Virus record (IMG/VR): IMGVR_UViG_3300010167_000010
Span: 160,001 to 224,000 of that record
Origin: a virus
Taxonomy: Duplodnaviria; Caudoviricetes
Length of the DNA: 64,000 bases
Strand: one strand, 5' to 3'
This document shows, piece after piece, positions 1-9,993 of this stretch (the stretch's first letter is position 1; each line of letters begins with the position of its first letter). Under the pieces are notes generated by a model. That model did no database searches, was not told the DNA's origin, and worked only from the letters and a program-made list of their open reading frames with translations. The position numbers were made by a program, and so were the translations under genes.

Positions 1-230
1 TAGCATTTGAAACATTATTTTCTCATGAAGGGTTTGAACGATTTGATTTAGTTTATCAAATGGATGAACTTATGGATGGTCATAAAGATAGTGATAATTT
101 TCGTCTTACTATGGGAAAAATTTTAGATAATGAAAAATATTTTAATGAAATACTTGATTTACGGGAAGAAAATAGAGAATTGAAAAAAAGACTTATTGAA
201 CTTCAAAAGATGAGTGATTTATTAGACTAA
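1..230 (+). CDS. partial hypothetical protein (5' end outside window)
   Basis: Frame open from base 3 (AFETLFSHEGFERF...) to TAA at 228-230; converges on the next gene. Confidence 0.6.
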   Translation, partial: AFETLFSHEGFERFDLVYQMDELMDGHKDSDNFRLTMGKILDNEKYFNEILDLREENRELKKRLIELQKMSDLLD

Positions 231-790
231 TAACCTATAATACGCCTACGCCTTGCCATATCTGCAATAGTATTTATAATTTCATCTGGAAAAGTATCTG
301 TTGGAATTGTACATTTACATTTATTCATAATAATTTTCATAAAACCAAACGTGCCTAATAATTCTTGAACTTGAATTGGTATTATAATTGGAAACTTTTG
401 TTTTTCATCTAACATAATACGAAATAATAAATCACCAACATTTATATTAAACTCAAATGGAACTTGTAAAGTATAAAATTTTTCTTGAGCATCATCTTCA
501 AATGCAGATATTAAACTTGTTAATGACCAAGCATGGGTTTCGGCGTCAACATTAACTTTTCTATATGGTACATCTTCTAATGGAGGAAATACAGCTGAAA
601 CTACATCACACATTTCTACTATCCAAGATACATCATCCCCTTCATAAGTTTTTCTAGTTCGCATTCGTACAACATCAGTCGCGTGACTAATCCAAAAAAG
701 TGTATTATCAATACACTTACGTCGTAAATTATCTCCAATCATTGCATGACGAGCTTGAACTGTACTAATACGTGATCTACTTTGATTCAT
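227..790 (-). CDS. late virion-associated protein, possibly gp14-like neck/head-closure protein
   Basis: 187 aa; late motif ACTAATTATT abuts ATG; NVGDLLF resembles the GDLIY-type motif of head-closure proteins (weak). Confidence 0.35.
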   Translation of the reverse strand: MNQSRSRISTVQARHAMIGDNLRRKCIDNTLFWISHATDVVRMRTRKTYEGDDVSWIVEMCDVVSAVFPPLEDVPYRKVNVDAETHAWSLTSLISAFEDDAQEKFYTLQVPFEFNINVGDLLFRIMLDEKQKFPIIIPIQVQELLGTFGFMKIIMNKCKCTIPTDTFPDEIINTIADMARRRRIIGY

Positions 791-817
791 AATAATTAGT
801 TTTAAAAACTAAATAAT
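791..817. promoter_or_regulatory. back-to-back late promoters (ACTAATTATT-ATG on -, ACTAAATAAT-ATG on +)
   Basis: Two copies of the 10-nt motif at 791-800 (-) and 808-817 (+), each abutting a start codon. Confidence 0.75.
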
Positions 818-1261
818 ATGAACTTAGAACAGCTTAAACATAGAGAGATTGGATTATTAAATACTCATAAAACTAGATTTGAAGAATATGGTAAGGCATA
901 TCAAAAAATTAGAGAAATGTGCGAAGTATATGCTGGTCCAAGAGTTTCAGAAGAAATGCTTATATCTGATATGGCTTATAAGTATGTCGAAGAAGAAAAA
1001 CGATTATTTGATTTAACTAAAAATGAAAAATATAAATTACATATTAAAGCTGCATCTGAACTCTTTAGAAAAGAATGTGTATCATTTAAAGACATATTAA
1101 AAGTTTTAGAAAAATATAATAGAATTATAAATTACGAAGAGGCAAGAAATATTTTAAGAAATGAATCTTTTTATGCAAAAATAAATCCTGATACTTTAAT
1201 AGATGTTTTACATTTTATAGAAAAAAGAGAGAAAAATGAAATACCAGATAACAACACCTAA
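818..1261 (+). CDS. hypothetical protein
   Basis: 147-aa ORF behind late motif. Confidence 0.7.
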   Translation: MNLEQLKHREIGLLNTHKTRFEEYGKAYQKIREMCEVYAGPRVSEEMLISDMAYKYVEEEKRLFDLTKNEKYKLHIKAASELFRKECVSFKDILKVLEKYNRIINYEEARNILRNESFYAKINPDTLIDVLHFIEKREKNEIPDNNT

Positions 1262-1679
1262 TGATATAGAATTAAAATATTCACCAAGTTCTTTTACTCT
1301 AGTTTGGGAATATATTGGTCCTAATAGAACTCATGGTGACTGTTATTATAATGAAAATGAATATCTTTGGTATGAATGTTCTACTGAATTATGTGATTTG
1401 ATATATTCACATGGTAAAGTTGTAGCAATTTTATGTTTATCTGAAAATAAACACATGCCTAATTCATTTCACTTATCAGTACTTGAGGTTTTTAAAGAGT
1501 TTAGAAGTCAAGGAATTGGCTCTTTAATCTTAAAAGATATGGATGATATTGCTAAATCTTTAAAATATGAAATTATCACACTTTTCCCTAGAACTGAAGA
1601 ACTTAAGAAATTCTATGCAAATTTCAATTATCACGAGACAAATATCAACGGTTGCCCAATAATGCAGAAGTTCTTATAG
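1236..1679 (+). CDS. GNAT-family acetyltransferase
   Basis: LEVFKEFRSQGIGSLIL acetyl-CoA motif A and C-terminal KKFYANFNY. Confidence 0.8.
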   Translation: MKYQITTPNDIELKYSPSSFTLVWEYIGPNRTHGDCYYNENEYLWYECSTELCDLIYSHGKVVAILCLSENKHMPNSFHLSVLEVFKEFRSQGIGSLILKDMDDIAKSLKYEIITLFPRTEELKKFYANFNYHETNINGCPIMQKFL

Positions 1680-1681
1680 TT

Positions 1682-1724
1682 TTGAACACCTAATCTAACT
1701 TTCTTATATAATATATGTAAGGGA
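1682..1724 (+). promoter_or_regulatory. early-type promoter TTGAAC-N15-CTTATATAATATATGTAAGGGA
   Basis: Same motif and 15-nt spacing at 16269, 24983 and 60586. Confidence 0.75.
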
Positions 1725-1767
1725 AACAAAAACCCAAAAATAAAACACTTTTTATAGGAGAAAGAAA

Positions 1768-2181
1768 ATGACTAAGGAACTTAGAACAAGAGTAGAAAAG
1801 GCATTTGGAGCCCTGGAAGCGGCTGTAATCAAGAATCCCAGGATTGCTGGTGAGGCCATTGCTCTTATCCGTGACCTTCAGAAGGATTTTCGTGGGAATG
1901 CCCAGGAAGCTTATAGGGCCGGCGTTGCCATGAGAAAAGCGGATCGCGATGAAAAGCGTGCGACCAAGGCTAACGCAGTTGCTGAGGCGAAGAGGATGAA
2001 GGATGAAGCAAAAGCAAAGTTTGCTGCTGCACTCGCAATTCGTGTGAATGGTAAGGTTGCTGCTCGTCGGCCCAAGAAAGATCCGATTGATGCCGCTCTT
2101 GGTCAGGTAGATCCAACCAATGATCTCGAATCTTTGGTAGATCTTCCGGCTCTTGAAACCACAGAACCTGAAATCTTTTAA
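1768..2181 (+). CDS. Ala/Lys/Arg-rich early hypothetical protein
   Basis: AGGAG SD; visibly GC-richer than flanks; between early promoter and terminator. Confidence 0.8.
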   Translation: MTKELRTRVEKAFGALEAAVIKNPRIAGEAIALIRDLQKDFRGNAQEAYRAGVAMRKADRDEKRATKANAVAEAKRMKDEAKAKFAAALAIRVNGKVAARRPKKDPIDAALGQVDPTNDLESLVDLPALETTEPEIF

Positions 2182-2202
2182 TTAAAAATCTAGACAAAAA
2201 TT

Positions 2203-2227
2203 AAGCCCGCGCAATGCGGGCTTTTTT
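2203..2227 (+). terminator. intrinsic terminator, probably bidirectional
   Basis: AAGCCCGC-GCAAT-GCGGGCTT plus T-run between convergent genes. Confidence 0.85.
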
Positions 2228-2915
2228 ATTGTTCTTTTTTAATTCTTGTTTTTGGAGATAACCATTTTCCTCTAGGTTTTTTAATATATTCAGTCCAAGT
2301 TTCTCTATTGACTGATTCAATATCAACAATTTGTTTTTTAAGAATTTGTATCTTAGAATTTAATTCATTATCAATAGTAAATAATCCAATCGCTGGACCT
2401 GCTGCATTATTATCAACTTCATAATTAAAATAACCATCATAATCTAAATTTAATAATTCAAAAATTGCACTTCTAAATGGAATATTCCAATCTGGATAAT
2501 TAATTTTAAAATTATCTAAAGCATCAATCCAATCACGATCAGATAAATCATTTACAACATATCTAGCAATATAAGGAGCTTCTTTTTGAAGATAATCTTC
2601 TGGCATTTCATCTGTATTTAATTGCATTAATTTAACTGTAAGTCTTTTTTCTAAAAATCTGGCGTCCTTATCAGATCTAGCATTAAAAATATTGAGTGAT
2701 TTTTTTAATTTGATAAAATATATTGCTGTTTTGTTTACTAAACCACTTCTAGTATAATTTAAAGCATAATCAAATGACGGTGTAAGATAAAAAATATTCT
2801 TATCTTTTACTTTATTTTTTAAGTTTAAATTTATATCTTTAGATCCATGATAATATATTCTATTAGTATTATTATATTTTTGTTCTTTTAGAATTTCTTC
2901 GAATGTTCTAAGCAT
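2226..2915 (-). CDS. ADP-ribosyltransferase-like (ART-PolyVal type) putative internal head protein
   Basis: YYHGS...FYLTPSFDYALNY...LNIFN...DYDGY motifs; likely start ATG 2915 (MLRTFEEILKE) after GAGG. Confidence 0.55.
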   Translation of the reverse strand: MLRTFEEILKEQKYNNTNRIYYHGSKDINLNLKNKVKDKNIFYLTPSFDYALNYTRSGLVNKTAIYFIKLKKSLNIFNARSDKDARFLEKRLTVKLMQLNTDEMPEDYLQKEAPYIARYVVNDLSDRDWIDALDNFKINYPDWNIPFRSAIFELLNLDYDGYFNYEVDNNAAGPAIGLFTIDNELNSKIQILKKQIVDIESVNRETWTEYIKKPRGKWLSPKTRIKKEQ

Positions 2916-4188
2916 CCCATTCCTCTTTATATTCTGGATCTTCTTCATCCACTTTATCAATTATTCCATATTTTTTTATTAAACCACTTTCTAATTCTTC
3001 TATAGAATTATATTCTTCCCCTTGAAAAATAAATGGTGTTTGTTCTTTTTCTAATAAAAGAATGTCCATCAATTCATATAACATATGTTGTTTTAATTTT
3101 CCAGTTTCTTCATCAAAATAATTTATTAAAGAATATTGTTTTTGCTTATCTTGGGTTTTAATGCTTAAAAGATCATCAGTAACGTTTTTTAAATCTTTAA
3201 ATTCTTTTTTATTAAAAGCACCTTTTCTAGTAAAATTATCTGGAAAAGATCTAATCCTAGATTTAATTTCATCCCATTCTTGTGAAGTCCAACAACCCTT
3301 TTTTCCTAAATAAGAATCTAGCCTTAAAAGTTTTCTAGTATCTAATTCTTTATATATTTCATCATTTTTATTATCGTATGGAACGATTTTAATTAAAGAC
3401 GGATCAAATAACATTATATTACCAATATCATTTTCTTTAGAAACATACCCATCATATTCTAATCGTTTAATTATTTTAGTAACTTCCGGATTTTCCATAT
3501 AATTCCAATCATGACTAGAAAACATTAAGTCTAATTCTTTTTGAAGATTATTCATTACTGCTTTATATTGTCGTTTAGCATAATTTTCATAAAATTCTTC
3601 TGGGTTTTTTCTAACTTCTATTAAAAATTTTTCTCTATCTTTTCTATTTGAAGGGTTAAATATATTAGGTTGTTTAATAATTAAACATTTATAAACATAA
3701 AATTCATATTGATCAAATTTTGTACTTAAGTATGAATCTAAATAATGATGAATCATCGTTAAGTGTGGTGTTAAAAATACACCACCAAAAGTATCATCAC
3801 CTTTTCTAAAACTATTTCTTTTTTCAAACTGAGTAAATTTATTAGGTGATATATGATAATAAAATCTACGACTATTATAAGCCATTTCGTTTAAACGATA
3901 TATATCATCAAATGTTTTTTCTTTAAATGAACTTTTAGCATTTTCAAATCCTCTTTTATTCCCAGCTCTGAAAGCATTTGCTACCATTTTTCCAATTTCT
4001 TCATTTTTAAGATAACCATAACTATCTACAAAATTTGTAGTTTTTTGATATAAAATTGATCCATAATCATCTGGGTTTGGGCTTGTTTCCCATTCTCTTC
4101 CACCTTCTCTGGGATCCCAATTTTTTGGGAAATATTTATCTATGTCTTCTTCTGACATTGCTTCTAATATTTTTTCAAAAGATTTCAT
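2908..4188 (-). CDS. ADP-ribosyltransferase-like putative internal head protein
   Basis: MKSFEKILE N-terminus; YYHIS...GVFLTP...NIFN...EYDGY; ATGA overlap with the kinase gene. Confidence 0.55.
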   Translation of the reverse strand: MKSFEKILEAMSEEDIDKYFPKNWDPREGGREWETSPNPDDYGSILYQKTTNFVDSYGYLKNEEIGKMVANAFRAGNKRGFENAKSSFKEKTFDDIYRLNEMAYNSRRFYYHISPNKFTQFEKRNSFRKGDDTFGGVFLTPHLTMIHHYLDSYLSTKFDQYEFYVYKCLIIKQPNIFNPSNRKDREKFLIEVRKNPEEFYENYAKRQYKAVMNNLQKELDLMFSSHDWNYMENPEVTKIIKRLEYDGYVSKENDIGNIMLFDPSLIKIVPYDNKNDEIYKELDTRKLLRLDSYLGKKGCWTSQEWDEIKSRIRSFPDNFTRKGAFNKKEFKDLKNVTDDLLSIKTQDKQKQYSLINYFDEETGKLKQHMLYELMDILLLEKEQTPFIFQGEEYNSIEELESGLIKKYGIIDKVDEEDPEYKEEWDA

Positions 4189-6302
4189 TTATTTTTTCCT
4201 AAATAAAATTTTAATTTTTTAATAATTTTATTTATATCTAATGGTTTTCCAATATGATCATTCATACCAGCATCAATACAATCTTGAATATCACTACTTA
4301 AAACACTAGCTGTCATAGCTATAATTGGAATAGTTTTAGCATTATCTAAATTTAAATTTCTAATAGCCTTTGTTGCTTCTATTCCGTTCATTTCGGGCAT
4401 TTGAACATCCATAAAAATTATATTATATTTGTCGGGATTTTTAGTAAACATTTTTATTGCTTCTTTTCCATTAATTGCTACATCGATTTTTATATTTGTT
4501 GGTTCTAATAATGTAGTAATTATTTCCCTGTTTATCTCTATATCTTCTACCAGTAAAATAGTCATATCTTTTAAATCTACGTTTTCTTCATTATCATTTT
4601 TCATTGGAATTTTTTTAGTTGTTCCTTCTTTCATTTTAACTATAAAGATAAATGATGAACCCTTTTTATATTCAGATTCTACCCAAACTATACCATTCAT
4701 CATTTCAATAATATGTTTTGAAATAGATAAACCTAATCCAGTTCCGCCAAACTTTTTATAAGTATCTCTATCAGCTTGTTGAAATGATTTGAAAAGTTTA
4801 TCTTGTTGTTCTTGAGTTAAACCAATTCCAGTATCTATAATAGAAGTTTTAATAACACAGAAGTTACTTTCTCTAGAAAGTAATTTAGATACAATACTTA
4901 TTTTTCCATTTTCTGGAGTAAATTTAACAGCATTACTTAATAAGTTTATAATAACCTGTGCTAAACGTTGTTCATCTCCTACTAAAACTTGAGGAATATT
5001 TTTATCTATATCTAATTCTAATATTTGACTTCTTTCATTTATCTTTACACTATACAAATCTACAATATTTTGTATCATGTCTCTATAAACGAATTCTATA
5101 GAATTTAATTCTAATTTATTTGCTTCTATTTTTGATAAGTCTAAAATATCATTTATAATTCCCAATAAGTGTTCTGAAGCTTCATGTATTTTATTAAAAC
5201 AATATTCTTTCTTAGTTATATCTTCAGCACTTTTTCCAATTGAAGACATTCCAATAATAATATTTATTGGTGTACGTATTTCATGAGACATATTAGCTAA
5301 GAAAATACTTTTATATTCATTTTTTAAGTTAGCTTTAACTCTTTCTTTTTCAATTTTTATTAAAATTATAATTATAAATAACGAAAAGAATAAACTACAT
5401 ACTGATAAAACTATAACAAGATTATAAGAAGCTCTATAAAAATTCATTGTTGGAACTATTGTAGTTAAAAACCAATCATTTTCCATTCTCTTTATAAATA
5501 TAATACTCTTTTCATCTCTATAATTTATAAAATTATGATTATAAATTTCATCATATCTAATTGAAGCAAAACTAATTGCTGATAAAGATTCAATTTCTAT
5601 AAAAGATAAACCTATAAATTCTTTATTATGATGAATTAAAGTTCTAGAATCTCTGTAAACTAAAGTACTATAACCTACAGAATTAACTACAATAGAATTT
5701 AAAATTTCTTCTAAATCTGTTAAATCAACTCGTATTGCAACAACGCCTAACCAATCACCAAACTTATCATATATACTTCTAGAATAAATTACAACAAGAT
5801 TATGGGTTAAGATATCTGGGAAAGATAATGTTTCTATAATTTCATTATTATTTTTAGCATTTATAAACCAATCTCTAGTTGATGGCTCTATAGTATGTGG
5901 AATATTATCTATCCCAGCAAGATGATGGAATTTACCATCAATTAAAACATACCCAAAAAAACCATCTGGTTTAATATATTCTTTTCCATAAAATAAAAAT
6001 TGAGTATTTAAATATACCATATAATTTTCAATAGTTCTTATTACATCTTCTTCTTCATTTTCAAAAAAGTGATTATTTATTATATTTTCTATCGAAATTG
6101 CAAAACCGTCTAATACATATCTAGGACTTTTAAGTGTATATTCTACTTTTGCAACAGCAGTATTTAAAATTCCTTCGGCATTTGCTACTAAAAAATAGTT
6201 TATAGTTCTATTTATAAAATTAAAACTAATAAAAGCCATTAAAAAGAATGAAACTGCCACAATAAAAATCTGCAGAGTCAGAGTTTTAAAATTTTTCAAC
6301 AT
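4185..6302 (-). CDS. membrane hybrid sensor histidine kinase (Cache-HisKA-HATPase-REC)
   Basis: Two TM segments, FLANMSHEIRTP H-box, NLLSNAVKFT, DTGIG, GGTGLGL, receiver FMDVQMPEMNG and KP. Confidence 0.95.
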   Translation of the reverse strand: MLKNFKTLTLQIFIVAVSFFLMAFISFNFINRTINYFLVANAEGILNTAVAKVEYTLKSPRYVLDGFAISIENIINNHFFENEEEDVIRTIENYMVYLNTQFLFYGKEYIKPDGFFGYVLIDGKFHHLAGIDNIPHTIEPSTRDWFINAKNNNEIIETLSFPDILTHNLVVIYSRSIYDKFGDWLGVVAIRVDLTDLEEILNSIVVNSVGYSTLVYRDSRTLIHHNKEFIGLSFIEIESLSAISFASIRYDEIYNHNFINYRDEKSIIFIKRMENDWFLTTIVPTMNFYRASYNLVIVLSVCSLFFSLFIIIILIKIEKERVKANLKNEYKSIFLANMSHEIRTPINIIIGMSSIGKSAEDITKKEYCFNKIHEASEHLLGIINDILDLSKIEANKLELNSIEFVYRDMIQNIVDLYSVKINERSQILELDIDKNIPQVLVGDEQRLAQVIINLLSNAVKFTPENGKISIVSKLLSRESNFCVIKTSIIDTGIGLTQEQQDKLFKSFQQADRDTYKKFGGTGLGLSISKHIIEMMNGIVWVESEYKKGSSFIFIVKMKEGTTKKIPMKNDNEENVDLKDMTILLVEDIEINREIITTLLEPTNIKIDVAINGKEAIKMFTKNPDKYNIIFMDVQMPEMNGIEATKAIRNLNLDNAKTIPIIAMTASVLSSDIQDCIDAGMNDHIGKPLDINKIIKKLKFYLGKNK

Positions 6303-6345
6303 TTAATATCCTTTAATAGATAGTTTGAAAATTAGAAATATTCAT

Positions 6346-8844
6346 TTAGTCCTTTCTAATACGATTTTTTAACCAATCTTCATAATTATTAAAGTCATCG
6401 TATAAATAATTATATAATTCTCTTTTAACTAAAACTGGTTCTACACGTTGATGGGCTGATAATTCTAAATTATGTCTAATAAAAAATTCTTTAGTAATTT
6501 TTTCTACATAATAATCTATCAAAAATTTAATTATAGATCTATCCGAAGCTACACCATCTCTTTCTAAAATTTGTTTTTTCGCATCATCCCAACTTTTTGG
6601 TATTTCTTCAATCATTCTAATTTTAGCAGAATTTTCTGGTTTATCAGGTTTACCATAATAAAAATTTTTTAATTTTTCAGTAACCATTTCTGATAAATTG
6701 TTTTCATAAGTTTTATTTATTTTTTCTGGATCTATATTTAATATATTTTCTGCATAATAATTTATAGTATCATCAGATACATTACAATCAGTAAAAGTAA
6801 TAGTTCCTGTAATTTCTTTTGGTAAAAAATTAACATAATGTTTGTCAAATTCACATTCTTTAAAAATTACATTTCCTGTTAGTTTATTTGGGAAAAAATC
6901 TTCATTATAATTATATTCACTTATATTAGTTAAAATAAAATTTTTACAGATAATTTCTGATATAAGTGCTGGAAATTCCGCTGTACTTTCTAAACCCGTT
7001 ACTGGACTATTATATGCATCAGCTATAGATCTTTTAAATACATGTTTTAATAATATTGGTATTTCTCTTTTACCAAATACAATTCCGTGATTACTATCAT
7101 CATTTAAGAAAACAGTATCGTGGTCTCTTATAGTTAAAGTAAATGTTTGATTACCATTATATTTTAAATCAAAACCTCCTCCAAATTCAGCTTCTATTTC
7201 ATCTAAATCTTTTAAAAACCATTCGACTGCTCTTCCAAATGCTGGTCCATGATCTTCTTTCATATAATCTTTGTTACCAGTAACATCTATAACTCGTTGA
7301 TTTCCTTTTGGAGATTTTTTATTCATTTCTTCTTTTATATCTTTAAAAATTGGATATAAATCTACTTCTTCTAATTTACCATTTGTAGACATTAATTTTT
7401 GAATATAATCTAAATTCATATTATTTCCAATTTGTGTATCTTCTTGGTCCCAAACATTTGCAGTATTTTCTATTGGATTATATTCTATCATAAATTTTTT
7501 ATTTTCAGTTCTATCATATTGCATTAGAAATAAATGACGTTTATGTTGTGTGTAGTTTTTCCAGTGAGTACCTACAGGCCCATAAGCAGTATTTGTTGTA
7601 CCAATACACCACTTTGCTCCTATACCATGTGCATTAAAAGAATTCATAAATACCGCAGCTTTATAGGTAAATGGAGCAACAAATATTTGATCTGAATCAT
7701 GATAATAAACTTTTGTTCCAGGTACGTCTTTCCAAATTGCTGATAAATCTTCACCTGATTTAGATTTTTTTATATTTTTAGACTTAGTTTTTTCAGCTGA
7801 TTCCATTACATCTGAAAAATCAGAAAATTTTAAATTTTTTTTATTCCAATCTATTTTACTTTCTGCGTGTGGATTTTTATTAAAAAAAACTATTAATTTT
7901 TCTTTTTCTTCTTGATCTAAATTAGGTAATTTTTTAATTAGGTGATCTTTCTTTTCTTGTAAATGTTTTGGTAATTCGTAGACATGAGCATCAATAAAAT
8001 CGTATCCTTTTTCGCTAGCAATAGTAGCTCTATGATTTCCATCCATTACACAATATTGATCTTTAAAATGAAAAACATCTATTGGTTTAATATCAATTTT
8101 ACCGTTTCCATCTGAAATATTATCAAATTGTTCCCAATCATAATCATCTGTATCATCATCTTCAAATTCTTGCACTATTTTATTTAATGGTATAGTTTTT
8201 AACTTAGATTTACATTTAGCTTTTATACAATCAGCCCACCATCTATATCTATCATCAGGATCCATTTCTTCAATAGGAAATCCATCCCAATCCATTGATG
8301 GAAATTCAGTATATTTTGATTTTTCATATATTTGATTAAAACTTTCTGTTATACGTTCGTCTTCAATTGGCTCTTCTAATTCATCCATCTCAGCAGCTTT
8401 GGTTTCTTCTTCAACTTCGGTATTTTCTGGAAGTGAAGGTTCTTCAATTGGTGGCTCTACTTCTTCTGGTCCTTTTTGAGCTTTAGTTTCTGCTTCAATT
8501 GGTTTTGCATCAACGTTAGATGTATTCATTTTTGGTAAATCTAAAGTTTCAGCGTGTGATTGAATATCTTCAATATCAGCAGCAACAGTTTCTTCTGCAG
8601 CTTCTGATCTAATGCTATCTTCTGTTCTAGTTCCTTCAGATGGTGTTCCCGCTGGTGCTTCAGGTGCTTCAAGTGGTTCATCGGGTTGTGTTGTTGCTGT
8701 AGCTGTAGATTGTGTACTGCCCATCATTTTTAACATTTCTGGAATATCATTATCTAAGTGCTGTAAAACAGCCCAGATATGTTTACAAATTTGGGTTCCG
8801 GGATGTGATTCTTGTAATAATTCATACTGTTCTTGAAGTGTCAT
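6346..8844 (-). CDS. multidomain late protein: C-terminal half of SWIM Zn finger, acidic linker, ParB/Srx-like and PcfJ-like (KWCI) domains
   Basis: ICKHIWAVL near N-terminus; YCVMDGNHR; GAKWCIGT; late motif ACTAAATAAT abuts ATG. Confidence 0.65.
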   Translation of the reverse strand: MTLQEQYELLQESHPGTQICKHIWAVLQHLDNDIPEMLKMMGSTQSTATATTQPDEPLEAPEAPAGTPSEGTRTEDSIRSEAAEETVAADIEDIQSHAETLDLPKMNTSNVDAKPIEAETKAQKGPEEVEPPIEEPSLPENTEVEEETKAAEMDELEEPIEDERITESFNQIYEKSKYTEFPSMDWDGFPIEEMDPDDRYRWWADCIKAKCKSKLKTIPLNKIVQEFEDDDTDDYDWEQFDNISDGNGKIDIKPIDVFHFKDQYCVMDGNHRATIASEKGYDFIDAHVYELPKHLQEKKDHLIKKLPNLDQEEKEKLIVFFNKNPHAESKIDWNKKNLKFSDFSDVMESAEKTKSKNIKKSKSGEDLSAIWKDVPGTKVYYHDSDQIFVAPFTYKAAVFMNSFNAHGIGAKWCIGTTNTAYGPVGTHWKNYTQHKRHLFLMQYDRTENKKFMIEYNPIENTANVWDQEDTQIGNNMNLDYIQKLMSTNGKLEEVDLYPIFKDIKEEMNKKSPKGNQRVIDVTGNKDYMKEDHGPAFGRAVEWFLKDLDEIEAEFGGGFDLKYNGNQTFTLTIRDHDTVFLNDDSNHGIVFGKREIPILLKHVFKRSIADAYNSPVTGLESTAEFPALISEIICKNFILTNISEYNYNEDFFPNKLTGNVIFKECEFDKHYVNFLPKEITGTITFTDCNVSDDTINYYAENILNIDPEKINKTYENNLSEMVTEKLKNFYYGKPDKPENSAKIRMIEEIPKSWDDAKKQILERDGVASDRSIIKFLIDYYVEKITKEFFIRHNLELSAHQRVEPVLVKRELYNYLYDDFNNYEDWLKNRIRKD

Positions 8845-8912
8845 ATTATTTAGTTAATTTTTAAAACATATTTCTGTTTACATACTTGTTAACTTAAATA
8901 TAACTAAATAAT

Positions 8913-9494
8913 ATGAATATGTTAAAATGGAAAAAAGATCTAAATAAAGATTGGACTTGGCGAAATTTAGCTGTTAAATATTTTAATTTACAAAAAGGTG
9001 AAATAATTCACCATTTACGAGAAACTGAAGAGCAAAGAGATTTTAACGATAACCATTATGAAAGATGGGGATTTGATTTTGATAGTGAAATGAAATATGC
9101 AATTAAAATGACAGCTGAAGAACATAATAAATATCATTATCAAAATGAAGAAACTAAACAAAAAAGATTAAAAACTTTAAAACAAAATAATAAAAAATGG
9201 ATTATAACAGAAGAACATAGAAAAAAATTAAGCGCAGCTTCTAAAGGGAAATCAAAATCAAAAGATCATATTGAAAATAATAAAAAAGCAAGACAATGGT
9301 ATTTTAATCAAGGTCCTTCTAAAGAAACTAATAAAAAAAGAAGCGATACAATGAAACAAAAATATACTGATGGTGAACTTTTTTCAGAAGAACATAGAAA
9401 AAATTTAAGTATTGCAGCAAAAAAAAGAACACCAATGAGTGAAGAAACTAAAAATAAAATAAGAAATACTTTAAAAAATAAAATTAAACTTTAG
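8913..9494 (+). mobile_element. free-standing HNH homing endonuclease with NUMOD3-like repeats
   Basis: IIHH...EEHNKYH; repeats EEHRKKLSAASKGK, SEEHRKNLS, MSEETKNKI; antisense to flanking genes with its own late motif at 8903-8912. Confidence 0.8.
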
Positions 9495-9969
9495 TCCAAC
9501 CAGACGAGTCATGTCTATTTGCCCATATATCTTTTCCATGTTGACCAGTAAATGACGAATAAGTATTATCTTTTTCATCATCTTTTTCAAACATACCTTG
9601 CCAATAAAATGCGCCACAATCACATTGAACTTTTGCATCACACTTATCAAATACTTGTTGAATTATTTGTTGTTGACTACTGTAAGGTAAAGAATTAAAA
9701 TTAGGCGGAACTATATTTTGTAAGTCTTCAAATCTAATAAAAACTGCATAACCTTTATTTAATCCATGTAATGGTTGACCATTAACTGAAAAATGTGTTG
9801 GTCCGCTTTCTCCAGATGCTTCTACTTCATACAAAACAGTAAAAGAATTAGGATAATTTAATATAGTTTTTATTAGTTGGGCTCTTCCTGTTCCGCCTTT
9901 ATGTATTGCTTTATTAGTTATACCAGAAGTTACAAAATCTTTAAGAAGAGTTTCCCATAATGCATTCAT
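9484..9969 (-). CDS. N-terminal half of a SWIM zinc-finger protein
   Basis: VQCDCGAFYW (CxC) without the CxH half; motif variant ACTAACTAAT abuts ATG. Confidence 0.6.
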   Translation of the reverse strand: MNALWETLLKDFVTSGITNKAIHKGGTGRAQLIKTILNYPNSFTVLYEVEASGESGPTHFSVNGQPLHGLNKGYAVFIRFEDLQNIVPPNFNSLPYSSQQQIIQQVFDKCDAKVQCDCGAFYWQGMFEKDDEKDNTYSSFTGQHGKDIWANRHDSSGWTKV

Positions 9970-9993
9970 ATTAGTTAGTAAAACTTAAATAAC

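Noticed and set aside
8845-9494. Group I intron carrying the HNH gene
   Set aside because: Only 68 AT-rich nt flank the ORF on one side and it overlaps the upstream gene on the other; no room for a catalytic core
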